Source of the DNA: Callorhinchus milii
Taxonomy: Eukaryota
DNA: 64,000 bases
Assembly: GCF_018977255.1 (NCBI RefSeq)
Contig: NW_024704743.1
Location: forward strand, 19,532,001-19,596,000
Direction of reading: 5' to 3'
Made by a program: the position numbers and the translations under genes. Numbering within the stretch: the stretch's first letter is position 1; each line of letters starts with the position of its first letter. Positions 24,451 to 37,255 of the stretch are shown here, piece by piece. Below the pieces are notes generated by a model, which had not been told where the DNA came from, made no database searches, and saw only the letters and a list, made by a program, of their open reading frames with translations.

Positions 24451-25967
24451 CAACAACAACAACAACAAGATTCCATTTATTGAGCGCCTTTCACGTCGGG
24501 AGGACGTCCCAAGGCGCTGTACAGTTGGGTAAGGACCCGAGCAGGGGGGAAATGGTCAGGGTGAGGGGAGGGAAGGGAGGGAGCGAGGAGGGGGTAGAGA
24601 GTCGAGAGGGGAGCTGAAGGCACGGTCAACGAGAAAGGTCTTGAGACCGGCCTTGAAGGAGGAAAGGGAGGAGGCGGCGAAGGCACTGGGGGATAGAGTT
24701 CCAGAGCCTAGGGGCTGAGAGGCTGAAGGCCCGGCCACCGATGGTAGGGGGGTTGGGGCGGGGGATGTGGAGCAGACCAGAGCCAGAGGAACGGAGGGTA
24801 TGGGCAGGTAGGTAGGGGGATAGTAGGTCGGAGAGGTAGGAGGGAGCAAGGCCGTGAATGGCCTTGTAGGTGAGGATGAGGATCTTGAATTCGATCCTCT
24901 GGGGGATGGGGAGCCAGTGGAGGCGAGCGAGGGTGGGAGTGATGTGGTCCCGAAGCCTGGTGCGGGACAGTACACGAGCTGCAGAGTTCTGAATGACCTG
25001 CAGCTTGTGGAGGGAGGTGCGGGAAGGCCGGCGAGGAGAGAGTTCCCATAGTCCAGCCTTGAGGTGATAAAGGCGTGGACCAGAGTTTCAGCAGCGTGAG
25101 GGGTGAGGTAGTGCCGTAGTCTGGTGACATTCCGGAGGTGATGGAAGGCGGTGCCAGTTGTGGCGCGGATATGAGGGAGAAAGGACAGCTCAGGGTCGAA
25201 CAGAACCCCGAGGTTCCTGACTGGCTTTGAGAGGTGGAGAGTGCAGCCTTGGATGCTGATGCTGTCAGCGCCTGAGGTGCGGAGGCGCTGACGCGAGCCA
25301 ATCAGGAGGGCCTCAGTTTTGCGCACGTTGAGCTGGAGAAAGTTATCTCTCGTCCAGGACTCGATGTCGGACAGGCAGCTGTCAGGACATCGGTGGTCGT
25401 GGAGTTGAGGGTAGAGGAGGAAAGGTAGAGTTGGGTGTCATCCGCATACATGTGGAAGTTAACCCCATGTCTGCGGATGATGTCACCGAGGGGGAGCATA
25501 TAGAGGGTGAAGAGGAGGGGACTGAGGACAGAGCCTTGAGGGACACCGCACGAAACAGTGCGGGGGGTGGAGGAAAAACCATTTGTGGAGACAAAGTGAA
25601 GACGGTGGGAAAGGTACGACCTAAACCACTCAAGGACAGGGCCTTGAAGGTTTAGGTGGGAGGACAAGTGGTGGAGGAGGATAGCATGGTCGACCGTATC
25701 GAATGCTGCCGATAGGTCGAGGAGGACGAGGAGGCAGAGGGAGCCCTGGTCACAGATGGTCAGGATGTCATTGGTGACCTTGACCAGGGCAGTTTCTGTG
25801 CTATGGGCAGCACGGAAACCCGACTGAAGGGGTTCGAATAGTGAATGGTTGGAGAGGAAAGAGCGCAGCTGGGAGGCGACAACTCGTTCCAGGACCTTGG
25901 ACAGGAAGGGGAGGTTGGAGATGGGCCGGTAGCTTGATAGCTGGGACACATCAAGGGAGGGTTTTTT
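24451..25967 (-). mobile_element. Young 5'-truncated L2 LINE (RT domain to 3' tail), inserted in the CR1
   Basis: [50 protein letters not shown] and YADDTQ peptides with few frameshifts; CpG-rich; (TTG)n tail. Confidence 0.95.
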
Positions 25968-26145
25968 CAAGTTAGCGAAAGGTTTCGACAGACTAGATAA
26001 GGAAAAGCTGTTTCCACTGGTAGGTGTGTCTGTGACCCATGGTCACAGTCTTAAGATATCTACCAAAAGAAGCAGAGGGGAGGTTAGAAGACATTTTTTC
26101 ACTCAGCTAGTTGTTCGAATTTGGAATTATCTGCCTGAAAAGGTA

Positions 26146-26476
26146 ATATAATAATAATAATAATAATAATAATCCTTGCATTTGATATAGCGCTTTTCAC
26201 GTCGGGAGGATGTCCCAAAGCGCTTCACAGAACACACTGTAAAATGAATTGACTGTATATTTGTGGGCGAACGCGACAGCCAAATGCGCACAGCAGTGTC
26301 CCACAAACAGTCGTAGATTGAAAATGACCAATTTATTATTGTTTTTGGTTTTGGAGGGATTATTATTAGGCGTGTGGAGTAAGGAAACTTGCCCAAGGTT
26401 TCACCCTCTGCCTGGAATTGAACTCAGGTCTCTCACTTGCAAAGCGAGTGCTCTAACCACTGAGCTACAGGACTCC
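26146..26476 (-). mobile_element. Young tRNA-Ala-headed SINE, short form, inserted in the CR1
   Basis: Full head to long (ATT)n tail; ggta is repeated at both junctions. Confidence 0.92.
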
Positions 26477-26896
26477 ACGGGTAGTGAAGTCCGATTCGAT
26501 AACAGCTTTTAAGAGAGAACTGGATAGCTATCTGGGGAAGACGGGTTTGCAGGGTTATGGGGAGAAAGCTGGTGATTGGGGTTAATGAAAGTGACTTGCT
26601 CTGTCAAAGAGCCGGCACAGACTCAATGGGCTGAATGGCCTCCTTCTGTGCCGTAACATTATATGAATCTATGAATCTATGAAAGACACCTCACCCCCCC
26701 CAACCCCCCCACCCCACTCACCCCATATGTGACGTGATCTCAGGTTTCACGAAATCAGCATTAGAGACTTGGGTTCCTTTTTCAGAAAACCCATTTTATG
26801 TTGCGAGGTGTATTTTTACAGCAACAAGGCTACTACCTGCTTTCCTAAGAAGCACATTTTCAACTCCAATGCAAAGCTGTATTGGTTGGTGACTTA

Positions 26897-27527
26897 CAGG
26901 TTTTATAAATAGGGGCATAGAATTCAAAAGTCAGAAGGTTATGTTTGAATATTTATAAAATGCAGGTTAGGCCTCAGTTGGAGTACTGCATTCATTTCAG
27001 GGCACCGCACTTTAGGAAAGATGTTAGGGCATTGGAGAGGGTGCAAAGGAGATTTCCCAGAATGGTACCAGGAGTGAAGGGCCTTAGTTATGAGGAGAGG
27101 TTAGCGAAACTAGGATTATTCTTCCTAGAGCAGAGAAGATTAAGAGGGGATTTAATGGAGGTTTTCAAGATCATGAGAGAATTTGATAGGTTGAACCAGG
27201 AAAAACTGTTTCCACTGGCATGTGGGTCAGTAACCCGAGGACACCAATTTAAGTTAGTTTTTAAAAGAAACAGAGGGGAGGTTAGGAAAAATGTTTTCAC
27301 CCAGCGAGTTGTTTGGATCTGGAATGCATTACCTGAAAGGGTAGTGGAAGCCGATTCAATAACAACTTTTAAGAGAGGAGTAGATGGGTATTTGGGGAGG
27401 ACAGGATTGCAGACTTATGGAGAGAAAGCGGGCCAGTGGGATTGAGTTAGATTGTTCTTTTCGGAACCAGCGCAGACACGATGGGCCGAATGGCCTCTTT
27501 CTTTGCTGTATGATTCTATGATTCTAT
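26897..27527 (+). mobile_element. CR1 LINE 3' end
   Basis: VRPQLEYC...LEQRRLRGDL...FTQRVVWIWNALP (ORF 26945-27445); atgattct repeats at the tail. Confidence 0.92.
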
Positions 27528-27869
27528 ATTACGAGAATAGAAAGCTTTCATTGTATCTGCAAAATAATCCCTGCTGCTTGTCCAGCTGCCGATATGTCAT
27601 GCTGAGAAGCCAGGCTGGTTGTGCTGTCATCAGCAGTGCCCTGGAATACTGTGGACCCGGCTCAGGAACTGGACTCCAAAGAACACCACAGAGGGTGGGA
27701 TTAATTCTGACATTCCATTGTCAAACATGTAACCTTGGACCCAGTTCTGTCCCAAGAAGATCCCGTCCACCCATCCACCCCACCGAGGAAACTTTCTGCA
27801 AAATAACAAGCCAGTTGGCTAAGAAGTGGTACGCTGGATTTCAATTGTAATATGGAACAGTAACTGTGT

Positions 27870-28583
27870 GAAAATGTATGCCCTGAAACATTGGAACTCT
27901 CTTCCTCAATCCTTCCGCCTTGCCCCTGCCTTCCCCTTTTTCAGATCATACCTGAAGACTTCACCCTCCACCGTGCTCAGTTACCTCCTCACCTCCCTGG
28001 CTTGGAGTCAGGCTCCGCCGCTATTCAGCACTCCCAAATCGCTACCCCGTATGTTGTTGTTGTAAATGGTGAAGAGATGGCAATTAGCGTAGATGGACAA
28101 GAAAACCCGGGTTTGATTATTGATGGTTTACTGAATTTTTCCGGTCAGTGTGAAGCTGTTATCGATAAAGCTAATCTAATGTGGATTTTACCTCAAGGGC
28201 ATTCTGCTGCAAGTTGAAATAAGTTACTTGGACAAATCCATTCACTCCCTGGCACCTCCCTACCTCTCCGATCTCCTCCCTCCCCAATCCACCACCCGGC
28301 GCCTCTGCTCGACCGGCACCGGCCTCCTGCTCGTCCCTCGCACGCTCCGCCCCACCATTGGAGGTCGCGCTTTCAGCCACTACACTCCAAAACTCTGGAA
28401 CACTCTCCCTCAATCCCTCCGCCTTGTCCCCTCTCTCCTCTCTTTCAAGTCCCGCCTGAAAATTTTCCTCTTTGACCGTGCTTATGGCCACCTCCCCACT
28501 CCTCCCTGCTCGGAGTTACTGTTAAGCGATCTGAGTCGCTACGCTGCATGGAGGGCACTATATAAGTGCAAGTTGTTATTGTT
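27870..28583 (+). mobile_element. Two L2 3' ends (about 27870-28062 and 28230-28583) around a small CR1-like piece
   Basis: IHSLAPPYLSDLL...IGGRAFSH...LWNTLP peptide; gttgtt tails. Confidence 0.8.
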
Positions 28584-29244
28584 GTACCGTGAGGCCACAT
28601 TTGAAATGCTGTGAGTAGTCTTGGGCACTTTAGTTTCCGTACACTGACGCGCAATTTACTCCTTTCAAACATTAAACTTTCAATTCGCCCATGATGACAA
28701 GTTTTGCCAATGGAACACACAGTGGCTGCACTTTACAATAAATCCAGTAGAGCCCTTAGAGACGTACTCCTGAGGTGAAAGGTGCTATACCAAACATAAG
28801 GATTTTTATTATTATAATTATTAATAATAAGTTTACAGTCGACAGTCCTGGCTTGGCACCCGAGCTGGGGGATGGGAGCAAGGAAGTGGGGAGGGGAAAG
28901 ATAACCAAAAGCGCAGTCATAGGAATAAATCTTGAGAATGTATCCAATATTTGCTGTGAAGTACTTTGTGATGTTCTCCTGACATGAAAGGTTACACCAA
29001 ATGTAAGAATTATTGTTATTATTATTATTATCATCGATGCACTGAATTAAATAGTCAGCACGTGAATAGTGAATTATTCAAGATTTAAAACTATTTATTT
29101 ACTACAAAGGTCGTCTGTTACTCTTGGTGCGGGCTGAACAGAGCAACAACATCATCAATTGACATTTATATAGCTCTCTTCACAGAGGGTAGTGTTACAG
29201 TGTGCTCTAAGAGCACTGTATAGCTTGGGTATAACATCTTTTTG

Positions 29245-29740
29245 TAGGTGTCAGGCTGGCTCAGTTGGTATTACGAAACAGAGTCAGAGGGTTGTGGATT
29301 CAAGCCCCACTTTGGGACTTTGAACCCACATTGCTTACACTGGCACTTGAATGTGCTGTGGGACTGCACATCATTGTTGGAGGAGATGTTAAACTGAGGT
29401 CCCATCTAACTCTTCAGACGGACAATAAAAATTCCATGGCTCTACTTAGAAAAAGAAGGGAATTTCTCCTGGTGTTCTGACAATAACAAGATTACATTTA
29501 TAGAGTGCCTTTCAGATTGGAAGAACATCCCAAGGCACTGACGAACAATTCCTCAAATAAAAACTGTGGTCATTGACTTCACGGCTGTTTGTGGGATATT
29601 GCTATGTGCAAATTGGCTGCTGCTTTCGTCTGCAAAATACAGTCATTACACATAAAGGCTTTCAGGCATCCTCCTGATTTGAAAAGTGCTACATCAAATG
29701 TGAAAAATGCCTTATCAAATATGAGGATTATTATTATATT
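29245..29740 (+). mobile_element. Old Deu-domain SINE with a short antisense L2 tail inserted
   Basis: ggctcagttggta...ggattcaagcccc head; insertion at about 29480-29542. Confidence 0.72.
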
Positions 29741-29969
29741 CAGGCTCATTTCACAGTGTTTATCAGCCAAATGATTTCAGACTTGTTGAAGAAGAATCTG
29801 AAGTCTCTTCACTTGCTAAGATTGTTTGTAATGGATGGAGCAGGTCAGCCAGAATATCTACAAACATCAGATGAGGTCAATTTTGTTCAAGCTTGGTGTG
29901 GAAAAGGAGTTTTGTGTGGAGATGTTCCTTACTGAATGCTGATGCTTCACAAATTGGAACTTCTAATAA

Positions 29970-30360
29970 TTCTTGCCTCTGAGTAAGAGGTTATGGGTTC
30001 AAGCTCTGAACTCATGGCTGACACTCCAGTGCAGTGCTAAGGGAGAGCCGCAACGTCAAAGGTGCCGACATTTGGATGAGACATTAAACCAAAGTTCTGC
30101 TTACTTGTTCAGCTGAACATTAAAGATCCATTGGCAATCTTGAATAAAAATGAAGGGAGATTCTCCCCATGTCCTGGACAACAATTCCCCAAAATAAAAT
30201 TGGTCATTCATTTCATAGCTGTTTGTGGGACATTGCTATGCATAAATTGGTTGTCACATTCACCTACCAAATACAGTCACTGAACTTTACAGTTGTAAAG
30301 CTCTTTGTGACATCCTCCTGATGTGAAAGGCTCTCTATTAAATGTAAACATTACTATCAT
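29970..30360 (+). mobile_element. Old Deu-domain SINE
   Basis: ggtgccgacatttggatgagacattaaacc core. Confidence 0.78.
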
Positions 30361-31344
30361 TATGTCATAGTCTTGAATGTTCATATCAGTTGAAAATCTT
30401 CCCTAAAGTCTTAGCTAAGAAATTACTGTAGGGTTAGCATATTTTCAACAGTTCAAGATAGATGAATTGGTATGAGATACAACTGAGAATTGATATAAAT
30501 AATAATAATAATAATCCGCTAAAGGAAGCTATTCACAATTGTAATTATTTCCAAAGCGACTTGTATCCACGCCTATGGCTACCCTACAAGCTATAAATAA
30601 AGGTTGCTGTTAAAGCTATTAAAACATATGTAAATGATGAGTGAACTAACCATTCGCTGTTACCAAACAGTTAATATAATCTCATGTTAATTGGGTTTTA
30701 ATATTGGATTTTATTTCTAACAACAAACAAATCTATTTATTTTACTCTCCAAATGACACCCAACAGCTTAACATTAGTAATGTACTGGACAGAATTTGAT
30801 TTGTGAGAGAGAGGGCTTGATGAGCAAATGGCCTCTTCTCAACCCTGTGATTTCTCTACTCACATCTTTATTGTCCAAAACAATGGGGAGTTAACAGTGA
30901 TTCCGTGGCACAAACACTCTGTCAAACGAAAACCAGGCTTAGTCCGTCAGTTTTCACTTCACTTATGACAGTGATTAGATTATCAAGGAGAAGTGATCTA
31001 TCATTCAGTGATTGTGAGGTGGATTTGAACCAAATTATCTCCAACTGACCATGAACAAGAGATTTGTTTTACCCAAGCTGCAAACATTCTTCCACGATTA
31101 ACTATTGATGTTTCTGCTGTCCATAAACCCAAACAGATAGATATAAGAAATGATTAGAGACTTATAGGGGTAAGATTTTCGACGCGCCATAATGCATTAC
31201 TCATTATAACATGCTGCAGATTTCAACCCGTAGAAATTTTCAACTCGGGAGACAATTCAGCATATCATGACTGCTCCTTCTTGCTATTTTACTAAGTTGT
31301 CCCTTTATTCATCTTTGTCACATTGTCTGCTACTGACTCTGTAT

Positions 31345-32240
31345 AATACAATATAATTTATAAAGTGCCTTTCACTTTGGTAGGACGTCTCAAAGTGCAT
31401 CACATTGTTGGATGGACACCGTGGGTTGGTGGGGGGTGGGATCAAGAGAGTGGGAGGAGAAAAGTCTTGAGGGAGGATTTGAATGTGGGGATGGAAGTGG
31501 TGAGTCTTAGAGGCATCAGGATGGTGTTCCAGAGACCAGGGCTAGAATGGCTGAAAGTCCACCAGGGATGAGTGGATAGGGCAGGAGGTATGAAGCAGGC
31601 TGATGTTTGCTAACCAAAGGAAGTTGGCAGTTAGTAGGATGATAAGAAGTCACAGAGATAGTGTTGTGGTGAAACCGTAATTGCATTTGAAAGCAAGAAC
31701 AATCTTACGGCAAATTCTGCCCAAACCCTCCTTCAAGCTTTCATCATCTCCTGACTTGACTTATCCAGTCATTCCTACTTCCACTATCCACAAGCGACAG
31801 TGATACAAATGCCCACAGCCCACACCAAATTCCACACACTCATCATCCCAGTCCTCATCAGGCTCCACTATCTCCCTGGCTCTGAACTGATCAACTTCAA
31901 AGTCTTCACTCTCACCTACATTCTCTTCCATTACCTAGCAACTCACTAGCTCTGCAGTGTTCTACCCACTCTTCTGCTCACTAGCTTTACCCAGTTAACT
32001 CATACCTGCAGCTTGTCCCCCACCACTCCATGCCAGAGCCTTCAGACTATGACCCTCACCTCTGGAACTCCCTTCCTCCACCATTCTGTCTCGCCCCTCT
32101 TTATCTGTCTTTAAATTCTGCTTAAAATTCTATCTCTTCGACTGTACTGACTGTCCCTCCCTTCTCCCATCCCACCTCATCCCACCCCCACCCCTCCCTT
32201 GGTTGCTCGGGGTTTGACCCAGTCCTGGTGAAGTGTTCCA
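31345..32240. mobile_element. Two old L2 fragments, head to head (31345-31700 on -, 31710-32240 on +)
   Basis: Diverged matches to the L2 C-terminal coding region and 3' UTR. Confidence 0.7.
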
Positions 32241-32715
32241 AAACTTTATCCAATGGAAGTACAAGTTATTGCTTCTATTAATCCCAGTTTCCAACTCTTT
32301 GCCCTCAATGTTTTTACTGAGTTCCCACCATGTTCATATATCATAGCTTCCTGCAAATAGATGTGGGTTGGAACATTGCCCAGTGCAGGTGGAGATGAAT
32401 TTACTCCCAGTGTTGCCAAAAGAAGTATCAGTGAAAATTTAAGAGAGAAACTCAATGCATGCATGAAAGACATGAGAATAGAAGTGCATGGGGAGGGTGG
32501 AGAGGGGAGGGATTACGATAAGTGGAGCTCGTAGAAACATAGAAATTTACACTACAGAAGAATGCCATTCGGCCCATCGTGTGATGGCTCTTTTATAGAG
32601 CAACCCTTTCAGTGCCATTTACCTGCCTTTTCCCCATACTCCCAATTTCGCCCACAAAACGCACAGTCACTCCACTTTAAAGTATATCCTGTGAAGTGTT
32701 TTGAGATGTCCTGTA

Positions 32716-33070
32716 GAGTCTTGAAGATTAGTTGTTAGAGCACTCACCTCGCTAGTGAGTGGACCTCAGTTTGATTCCCAGGCAGGGCAAAATGATGGGC
32801 AAGTTTCCTTACTCCACACGCCTCTGTTTATCTAGCAGTATGTAGGTTGTTAGTCGATTGGTGGATCGTTTTTCCGGGGGTAATAATCACTTCAATTTTT
32901 TTTTAAAAATCCACAACTGTTTGTGTGACACCGCTGAGCGCAATTGTCTCCCGCGTTTTCCCCGCAAAATATACAAACAATTAATTTGACAATATATTCT
33001 ATGAAACGCTTTCAGATGCCTCGAAGACACGATAAGGCGTTATATCAAATGCAAGAATTATTATTATTAT
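32716..33070 (+). mobile_element. Young tRNA-Ala-headed SINE, long form, inserted in the tail of an older SINE
   Basis: Head-core-tail structure. The host tail gagatgtcc resumes as atgtctcccaacatgaaaggtgct after 33070. Confidence 0.85.
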
Positions 33071-34199
33071 GTCTCCCAACATGAAAGGTGCTCCACCAAA
33101 TGTAAGGATTATTATTATTATGATTATTATTATTTTAGATATCTAATTCCTTTTTGAAAGTTCAAGTGGAGTACAAACACCAAATGGCCTATTTTTGGTG
33201 CTATAGATCATATGCAATCTGTAAAAATCTTTTACGGAAGCCACCCAAGATTTGTTCACCTCTGAATAGGGTTAGTATTTAGGTATTAAGAAATCTGCCA
33301 AGCAAACCTTTTCGCAGTGTCATAGCTAATCTTAGCAAATGGCCACCAGTCTATCTGCGTGATGAGTTCTTGCTTATTTTTACTGAGGAGTTATTTGCTT
33401 TTCACAGTCCAGTGTTTATGGTCAGAGGGGGAAGAGCTGAGCACGCTCTCCATAGGTAAATTGTAACGTTACTCACATCTGGTAGATTACAACAACAACA
33501 ACTTGCATTTATATAGCGTCCATCGTGCAGGGTAGCATCCCAGAGTGCTTGCGACAACAACAAAATTACATGTATAGAGCGCCTTTCACGCTGGAAGGAC
33601 GTTGCATAGGTAACTTGCATCTTACCGCGTTTCTGCGGTGAGACTTGTGTGGAGTATAAACACTGACATGGACTAGTTGGGCCAAATGCCCTTTTTCTAT
33701 ACTGTACAGTCTATGTTAGTCAATGTAAATTTATCATTCAGGACAGATTTTAAGGAAACCAAATTTTTTGTCTTGATGACACTTATGTTTAGCACATCAC
33801 AAACTGCATTTACCCCCTTATGATTCTTCTAGTTAAGCAATTTCTATTCTTAGATCTGAAAGTATTTTTCCCCCTCAATATTTGCTAACACTCAAATTAC
33901 AATAGATTACTTTGCACAGGATTATTTGGTTATGCTTGAAAGTCAGTTTGCTTCTTATATCTCAGTGCTTTATTTGGTAATGAGAAAGTCAAAAGAGTTC
34001 ATTCTAATCCTTTAAGCACCGCATCTTGTTTTCAGCTACTCAAGTATGCATGCCCCCAGTTTTATCAATATTGCAAAATATTCTGGTCCAACTCACGATG
34101 ATTTTCCACATGGAGAGCTCTTAATCCCTGCTGGGCCACCCAGAGGAGGTGCTGTGAACAGATGTGAGGCTCTTCAACAGACGGAAATAGTGGAAAGAA

Positions 34200-34458
34200 T
34201 TATAATAAATAATAATAATCCTTGCATTTAATATTTCACCTCACCATATCACCAAAATGTCTCAAAGGGCTTCACAGGATTTTACTGTAAAATATAGTGA
34301 CTATGTACTTTGTAGGGGAATGCGGCAGCCACTTTGTGCACAGCAATGTTGCAACGAACAGCCATGCAGTGAATGATTAATTTTATCTGGGGGGATGTTG
34401 GTCAGAAGACCAGAAGAAACTCACTACTCTTTTTGTCATGGGATCTTTAATGTCAGTG
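34200..34458 (-). mobile_element. Old Deu-domain SINE, 3' half
   Basis: Tail and body match the other copies. Confidence 0.75.
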
Positions 34459-35169
34459 TCAGGAGTGTAGTAAAATGAGCGAATGGTAAAGAAGCTGCTT
34501 TCTAGTTTTCTGTTCTAGCCATACAGAGATTGTGACAAACACTAACTGGGTGGCATTCAGAACAAAATGGCACAGATTTGTGAAGCAACTGTAGACTTTA
34601 TGCTTTTGAATAATATAAAGATTCATTCCAAAGTCTGACAATTTATACCATGCACCTGTCAAATAAAATTGCCAATGGCTCATTTCAGGCGCACACACAT
34701 CCCCTGCACGCATAGCAATACGTTTGTAACACTCACACTTTGAACTGAAGCTCAGTGCATGACATATAGTGTGAGGCTCTTGTGTGATGAAAGATGGATC
34801 ACTGTGTTTGTGATTTGTCTGGTAAATCATTTAGTTTGGTGCATTTTGTTGGAGCTCTTAATTTGCGTCTGCTGATGGTGCACTTTAGAAATTGCAAAGT
34901 GATTTCTTGGCAAGGGAATCCTTATCTGATAATAGTCATTCCACAAACACATGTTGCGGGAGTGTGACTGCTCTGGTTGATGTTCTGATCGACAGAGATG
35001 ATAACTTGTGGAAAGCAGTTTAATGATTCCCCCCAGTTTATCCACTGTAAACTGAAACTACTGTAAGTGCGTTATCTTTTTCTTCGGATTACAAATTCAT
35101 CCAAAATAGAGGAGAACTGTTTCTTTTTTATACTACGTTTCCTCTCTATTGCTGATAGTAATAACTCAG

Positions 35170-35380
35170 CTTGGGAGTTAGATCTTCAGGCGGTGACTAC
35201 CCTCCCATTCCATTTCATTCTTCATCCGTAGTCTGAATGTTTAGTGTTGACAAGCTATTCAACCATAGGGCCGTCACAGACTAGCCTGCTCCAGGCCTCA
35301 CTCAATATCTGCAATTGGCCACTTTCCAGGAGGCATCACTGACAGTGAGCAGGAGCTGGAATGACCTTTTTCAAGCCCCA
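35170..35380 (-). mobile_element. Third SINE family, decayed copy
   Basis: The reverse complement resembles 13790-13970 and 63570-63720. Confidence 0.5.
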
Positions 35381-35469
35381 AAATATTCAGTTTTAAGGAG
35401 AGAGTTATAATAATTTAATAATCTTTGCATTTGATATAGTGTCTTATTATGACTTCGGGACACTTCAAA

Positions 35470-35930
35470 GAGCTCTACATTTCCCGCTGCTCCAGAGTTT
35501 GTGGAGATGTAATGTGCAGCCTGGAATTGGAAATGGAATTGGAAAAATCAAGTCTATAGGTGACAAAGATGTGATTTAGGATCTCAGGTGCGTTGAGGGT
35601 GAGGTCAAGATGGAGACGGTCGATATTATGGGTTGATGTGGTCAACAACTGAGATGAGCAGACGCTGACTAGAGACGAGCAGGAGAACCTTAGCTTTGTT
35701 GACATTTGGTTCGGGAAAGTTCTGCATTTCTGAAGGCAGATAATGATGTCTGATAGTCAGTCTTTCAGTACAGCAGTGGTCCTGGAGAGGCAGAGAGGTA
35801 CAGTTGGACGCTATCCACATACATATGGAAGATGTCCCATGCCTGGGGAAGATGTCACAAAGGTTGAGCATGTAGACAAGGCAAGACAAATGAGCACAGA
35901 CCACAAGTCAGACCTAGGATGCTCCAGTCA
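35470..35930 (-). mobile_element. Decayed L2 RT fragment
   Basis: HIFVTYRLDFSNS and YML..CDIFPRHG remnants. Confidence 0.65.
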
Positions 35931-36264
35931 CATCACTTACACTTTAAGCTATTGAGAATTTTTGAAAGAAAATAACTTTCACTTATGTACAGCCTTTTGC
36001 AAAAGTGAAAATCTTAAAAGTAAATAAAGCTTACAAGCTTCGATTGATCTTGGTACAAGAGATGAGTCACACATTACACAGTTCTCTACAGTGCAGAATT
36101 CTATAAACTGGGATGGTATTACTCATTGGCAAGGCTTTCAGTATTCTTGGGCTAGTTGGGCCAGGGTGGAGGTATGAAGGAGAAAAATAATAAAATAATA
36201 ATAATCCTTGCAATTCATAAAGCTCCTACAATGTCAAAATGACTCGAAGCATTTCACAAGTACT

Positions 36265-37255
36265 CATAATAATAATAAATCTTCCATTTGATATAGTGCC
36301 TTTCACATAGGGAAGACATCTCAAAGCACTTCACAGGATATACTGTAAAGGTGTCATGACTATATTGTTTAGGTGAATACGGCAGCCAGTTTGTGTACAG
36401 CAATGATTGCCAAACAGCCACCGAGTGAACAACCCTTTCTATCCGTGGGATCATTGGCCTGGACCCCAAGAAAAACTCACTTTGCTTTTAAATGGTATTG
36501 TGGGGTATTTAATGTCTACCTGACGTGATCTTGGTCCAAAGTCTCGTCTGAAGGACCACACTCCCAGCCCTGCATTGGAGCATCAGTCTAGATTATGTAA
36601 GTTCCAAGTTCCTATGTGGGTCATGAACCCACAACCTTCAGACCACCAGGCCTGACACTTGCTGTCAAGAGTAGTGACTTTGTATTTTATAGGCAAACAT
36701 GGAGTTAATTTGAGCACAGCAGTGTCCCACAAACAGCTATGACGTGAATGACTATTTTTTCTGGAATATTGTTAGCATTCACTAGCTAGCTAGGGCCTTG
36801 GTTTTTCAATGTCTCATCTAAAAAAATAACATCTCTGATAATGCAGGACTCTGCCCTTCTTTGTTGGAGTGTCCATCTGGATTGTGAACACACAGTCCCA
36901 ATGAGGCTCATGACCCTATTACCTGCTGACCCAGTTATCAAAGTGTCTCCCTGTGAAAAGATAATTTCAGCAGATAACCAGATATGTCATTTACACCAGT
37001 GCTGTTTGAGGAGGGTCGCAAGTTGATTTGGAACAAGCAAATGCTGGAGATCAAATAATAATATCATTGCATTTGATATAGTGCCTTTCATGTCAAGAGA
37101 ACATCTCAAAGATCGTCACAGGAGATACTGTAAAATACATTTTGTAGGCAAATGTGTCAACCAATTTACACACAACAATGGTGCTCAAAGAGCCATGAAG
37201 TGAAAAAACTATTTATCTGGGGGATTGTTGGCTAGGACACCAGAAGAAACTCCCA
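36265..37255 (-). mobile_element. Cluster of old Deu-domain SINE copies (about 36265-36660, 36670-36920, 37055-37255)
   Basis: Repeated antisense SINE body and tail motifs. Confidence 0.7.

Larger units (their letters stand above)
23636..26683 (+). mobile_element. 5'-truncated CR1 LINE in three pieces (23636-24450, 25977-26145, 26479-26683)
   Basis: [46 protein letters not shown] and LVRPQLEYCVQFW peptides, with stops and frameshifts; (ATGAATCT)n tail. Confidence 0.92.

Noticed and set aside
25302..25970. Reverse transcriptase ORF (YADD) as a retron, DGR, group II intron or domesticated gene
   Set aside because: The motifs and 3' tail are those of an L2 LINE. It is 5'-truncated, frameshifted, nested in a CR1 and repeated elsewhere in the window.
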